Positions 16,580-20,000 of a stretch of DNA of 20,000 nucleotides are shown here, in pieces. A program made the translations under genes and the position numbers. Each line of letters begins with the position of its first letter. The first letter of the stretch is position 1. This DNA comes from an uncultured virus (IMG/VR IMGVR_UViG_3300043961_000090). Lineage: Duplodnaviria; Heunggongvirae; Uroviricota; Caudoviricetes. Below the pieces are notes generated by a model, which was not told where the DNA came from, made no database searches, and saw only the letters and a program-made list of their open reading frames with translations. The DNA is taken from the IMG/VR virus record IMGVR_UViG_3300043961_000090; one strand, 5' to 3'.

Positions 16580-17248
16580 ATGAAACAGGCAAAGAAAATC
16601 CTCTTTAAGATGAGCAGTATGATGATGCTGCCCCTGCTTGCGCTTGCTATTGGCATCCTGACTTCCTGTGAAGATCATGACGAAGCTTTTGACAGCAGCC
16701 TGCGTGTCGGCAATATTTATCTCTCTGATGACCGGGTGGTTAGCCCGGAAGGTTATGATCCTGAGACAGACGATGCTGCGGGTGTTATCTTTGCTGTTCA
16801 TGGGGATACAGCCCTTGTTGTGGCCCGGCAGGAAATGGGCAGTTATATCTATTCTGACTCGCTGGGCACCATCGGCAATGTCATCAATGATGCCGTGACG
16901 ATGTGCGGGCAGGAGAATACCGCGGCCATCCTTGCCTCGGATTTCGCCCGTCACTTCCCTGCCCTTGAAACTTTGGACGGCTATTCCTCCAAGATTACGG
17001 GATGGGTGCTTCCTTCTGCTGGAGATCTGAAGGCCTTGTCTACCTGTCTCGACCTGGTCAAACGTTCCATGACGCTCATCGGAGGTGATGGCTTCTCCCG
17101 GGGGCAGTATTTCAGTACATCCCAGGACGGGAGCTCCGGTGCCACCGGACAGGAATACTATTATACGGTAAGCCTGAACAGCGGTTATGTCACTTCAACG
17201 TATAAGAAAAGCAAGAGCCGGGTCCGCCTGATCCTCAATATCCGATAA
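16580..17248 (+). CDS. Lipoprotein with DUF1566/Lcl-like C-terminal domain
   Basis: Likely start ATG 16580. Lipobox LTSC followed by acidic residues; GWVLPSAGDL, YFSTSQ and a terminal RVRLI resemble DUF1566-type motifs. Confidence 0.7.
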   Translation: MKQAKKILFKMSSMMMLPLLALAIGILTSCEDHDEAFDSSLRVGNIYLSDDRVVSPEGYDPETDDAAGVIFAVHGDTALVVARQEMGSYIYSDSLGTIGNVINDAVTMCGQENTAAILASDFARHFPALETLDGYSSKITGWVLPSAGDLKALSTCLDLVKRSMTLIGGDGFSRGQYFSTSQDGSSGATGQEYYYTVSLNSGYVTSTYKKSKSRVRLILNIR

Positions 17249-17319
17249 CGTCAAGGCTGAGAAACATGAACCGAGCAGAATGCCTGAAGTTCTTCCCTAT
17301 CCATAAAAATTGATAAATT

Positions 17320-19644
17320 ATGCCAACAGAAGAGACCCGTGAGCAGCAACAGATGTACAACACCTTCCGCAGCTGCATCTATCTTTGCCTGATCATCGAA
17401 CTGGTGATGAACCTGCCGGTTACCACGGACAATAAACTTACCGCTTTTCTGCTGGAGCTGATTGCGAGGTTCAGGGTCTTCAACAGCGTAGTGAGCTGCA
17501 AGGTCATGGAACTGATCTGCATTGCCATCACCTGTATCGGTACAAGGGCAAGGAAAAGCCTGAGGTTCAATATAAAGACCATGGTGATTTATCCTGTCAT
17601 CATAGGCTTTGTGTTGATATTCCTCTGTATCTATCTGCATATCGGCAACTGGGGAGGCCGTTGGGCCGGGATTCCGGTCAACCGTTGTCTCTATGCCCTC
17701 TCGTCCATCCTCGGCACCATGCTCGTACACCAGGGGCTGGATGGCATCGCCCGCTATTATCAGATGAAAGTCGGTGATGACCGTTTCAACTTCGAGAATG
17801 AGAGTTTTGAACAAAGTGAGGAAAAGGTAGAGAACGGGTATTCCGTCAACATCCCCATGATCTATTATTTCAGGGGCAGGATGCACAAGGGATGGATCAA
17901 CATCATCAATCCTTTCCGGGCCACGATGGTCCTGGGTACTCCGGGATCGGGAAAGTCTTTTGGCATCATCGACCCTTTTATCCGCCAGCACAGTGCCAAG
18001 GGGTTTGCCATGATGGTGTATGACTATAAGTTTCCGACACTGGCCAGAAACCTGTTTTATCAGTACTGCAAGAACAAGCGTTATGGTCATCTGCCTGAAA
18101 ACTGTGATTTCAACATCGTCAATTTCACCGATGTTGAGTATTCCAACCGGGTAAATCCTATTCAGAGAAAATATATCCCGGACCTTGCTGCCGCTTCCGA
18201 GACTGCTGCCACGCTGATTGCTTCCTTAAATAAAGGAGGAGGCGACAAAAAAGGAGGCTCAGATGACTTCTTTACCCATTCGGCGGAGAACTTCCTGGCC
18301 AGCATCATCTATTTCTTCGTCAATTTCCATCCTACGGGTTTCCGAAAGGGAGAGAAACTGAGACACTATATCTCCTGCAACGGCAAGAAACTGCTGCTGG
18401 TCATCCGCAAGTGGTCAGACTATGAAGCCCTGGATGAAAAGGGCCATACGGTACTGGACTTTGTCGACAGCCAAAGCCGGAACCTCTCCACCGATACGGA
18501 TGGTATGTTTGTGGAGTTGAAAGGACTTGAATACACCTCGAAGGACGGACAGTCTGTCAGGATAGAGGATTCCTGGTACGAGAACAGCAAGGGAGAACGG
18601 GTTGAACCGGATTCCATCACTGGAGAATATTCCGATATGCCCCATGTCCTCAGTTTCCTGGGACACTCCTACGATGATGTTTTTGATATACTGATGCAGG
18701 ATGAAAAGATCATGTCCCTGATGGCGCCCTTCCAGAGTGCTTATCAGAACAAGGCCATGGACCAGTTGGAAGGAATGGTGGGTACGCTGCGGGTCAGTGC
18801 GGCAAGGCTTGTATCTCCTGAAGCTTACTGGGTGTTTACGGGTGATGACTTTGACCTGAAGATTTCAGACAGGGATCATCCCTCTTATCTGGTCATCGCC
18901 AATGATCCGGAAAAAGAGCAGGTGATCGGTTCCCTGAATGCACTGATTCTGAACCGTCTTGTTACCCGTGTCAACAGCAAGGGCAATCTTCCCGTAAGCA
19001 TCATCGTCGATGAGCTGCCCACCCTCTACTTCCATAAGATAGACCGTCTTATCGGCACCGCACGAAGCAATAAGGTTTCCGTCACTTTAGGTTTCCAGGA
19101 ACTTCCCCAACTAGAAGCCGACTACGGCAAGAACGGGATGCAGAAGATTATCACGACCTGCGGCAATATCTTTTTGGGAGCCGCACGTAACAAGGAAACA
19201 CTGGAATGGGCCCAGAATGATGTCTTCGGAAAAGTCAAGCAGACCAGCCGTTCCGTTACCATTAATGATCAGAAAGTATCTACTTCCCTCTCGGAAAAAA
19301 TGGATTATCTCGTGCCTGCCGCCAAGATAGCGGATATGGCCACCGGATGGCTGGCAGGACAGGCTGCCCGGGACTTCACCCCAACGGATATGAATGCCTT
19401 GAACAGCATTGATCTTGAAAACTCACCTGAATTCAAGACCACTAAATACTTCTGTAAAACCAATTTTGATATGGATAAAATCAAGAAAGAAGAAGGCTTT
19501 TACAAGGAATTGCCCAAGATGTATGCTTTTAAGGACAACCGGGAAAAGGAAACCATGCTTACCCGGAATTTTAAACGGGTAAATACAGAAGTGGACAATA
19601 TGATTGCAGGACTGCTGGGAGATAATTCTAATAATCTGAAGTAA
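17320..19644 (+). CDS. Type IV coupling protein (VirD4/TraD family, Bacteroidetes MobC/YWFCY-type), 774 aa
   Basis: N-terminal TM helices, DRFNFENESFEQ, Walker A GTPGSGKS, VYDYKFPTL, Walker B IIVDELPTL and TARSNKVSVTLGFQ. Confidence 0.93.
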   Translation: MPTEETREQQQMYNTFRSCIYLCLIIELVMNLPVTTDNKLTAFLLELIARFRVFNSVVSCKVMELICIAITCIGTRARKSLRFNIKTMVIYPVIIGFVLIFLCIYLHIGNWGGRWAGIPVNRCLYALSSILGTMLVHQGLDGIARYYQMKVGDDRFNFENESFEQSEEKVENGYSVNIPMIYYFRGRMHKGWINIINPFRATMVLGTPGSGKSFGIIDPFIRQHSAKGFAMMVYDYKFPTLARNLFYQYCKNKRYGHLPENCDFNIVNFTDVEYSNRVNPIQRKYIPDLAAASETAATLIASLNKGGGDKKGGSDDFFTHSAENFLASIIYFFVNFHPTGFRKGEKLRHYISCNGKKLLLVIRKWSDYEALDEKGHTVLDFVDSQSRNLSTDTDGMFVELKGLEYTSKDGQSVRIEDSWYENSKGERVEPDSITGEYSDMPHVLSFLGHSYDDVFDILMQDEKIMSLMAPFQSAYQNKAMDQLEGMVGTLRVSAARLVSPEAYWVFTGDDFDLKISDRDHPSYLVIANDPEKEQVIGSLNALILNRLVTRVNSKGNLPVSIIVDELPTLYFHKIDRLIGTARSNKVSVTLGFQELPQLEADYGKNGMQKIITTCGNIFLGAARNKETLEWAQNDVFGKVKQTSRSVTINDQKVSTSLSEKMDYLVPAAKIADMATGWLAGQAARDFTPTDMNALNSIDLENSPEFKTTKYFCKTNFDMDKIKKEEGFYKELPKMYAFKDNREKETMLTRNFKRVNTEVDNMIAGLLGDNSNNLK

Positions 19645-19911
19645 ACAAAGATCGGATAAAGTCTAAGACACTAGTGGCTAAATAATGTGAAAAAAGAAAA
19701 GTATACTATAGTTTTGTGATTTTTTATAAGCATGTTAATTGGCCCTGATTACTTATCAAAGTATGTATCGTCGACTAATACAAAGTAAAGGACCTATTAT
19801 AGGTCATTGCAAAATTAGTCCAAAAAGATAATTTTGTTTATGTTTTTAGCAAAATTAAAACAATCGTAACAATAAGTTTTTCAAATTGCAATAAAACTCG
19901 TTGATAATTTG

Positions 19912-19919
19912 TATATTTG
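19912..19919 (+). promoter_or_regulatory. Putative -7 promoter element (TATATTTG)
   Basis: TAnnTTTG match in the AT-rich region after the T4CP gene, directly upstream of a structured element. Confidence 0.5.
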
Positions 19920-19937
19920 CAAAATATTAAAAAAATA

Positions 19938-19991
19938 AGCAAGTACTCAGGTGGAGCAAATGCTTGCAGTTCGATACTGCTACTTGCTACA
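19938..19991 (+). ncRNA. Putative tRNA-like structured RNA lacking an anticodon arm
   Basis: AGCAAGTA (19938-19945) pairs with TACTTGCT (19981-19988). Internal elements are a CTC-AGGTG-GAG hairpin and a T-arm-like GCAG-TTCGATA-CTGC. Confidence 0.45.
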
Positions 19992-20000
19992 TTCTCTAGT

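Larger units (their letters stand above)
5015..19644 (+). mobile_element. Conjugative transfer (Bacteroidetes T4SS plus coupling protein) module of an ICE or conjugative plasmid
   Basis: Contiguous co-directional gene order traE-traF-traG-(3 secreted proteins)-traJ-traK-traL-traM-traN-traO-lipoprotein-T4CP. No integrase, relaxase or rep gene is in the window, so ICE versus plasmid cannot be decided. Confidence 0.92.

Noticed and set aside
5318..18666. Numerous minus-strand and alternate-frame ORFs over the tra genes (e.g. 6357-7316, 7812-8465, 10778-11431, 14958-15659, 17251-18090)
   Set aside because: They overlap well-supported plus-strand tra genes and are typical shadow ORFs in GC-richer coding DNA.
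19938..19991. Annotating the right-edge element as a genuine tRNA gene
   Set aside because: It has no anticodon arm and is too short; kept only as a tRNA-like candidate.

Overview
Bacteroidales-type (probably Prevotella/Bacteroides-like) mobile DNA with two parts. The AT-rich left part (1-~4900) is a type VI-B CRISPR-Cas13b module on the minus strand. It has a cas13b gene of more than 1080 aa that the ORF track omits because it runs off the left edge (ATG at 3242; HEPN motifs RNEYTH and RNKFCH). Upstream of it are an array of 11 identical 36-nt repeats with ten 30-nt spacers (3428-4123), a leader with a consensus Bacteroidetes promoter, and a small unknown ORF. No cas1/cas2 or csx27/csx28 is visible in the window. 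The GC-richer right part (~5015-19644) is a co-directional Bacteroidetes conjugation (T4SS) operon: traE/traF-like genes, traG (VirB4), three secreted helical proteins, traJ, traK, traL-like, traM, traN, traO-like, a lipoprotein and a VirD4/MobC-like coupling protein. The main point of interest is an apparently intact RNA-targeting CRISPR system sitting back-to-back with a conjugation machine, probably as cargo of an ICE or conjugative plasmid. Other notable items are a leader-repeat hairpin, a possible cryptic 11th spacer with a degenerate terminal hairpin, an insertion in TraG, and a small tRNA-like element without an anticodon arm behind a promoter motif at the right edge. All family assignments come from motif recognition by eye; no database searches were run.
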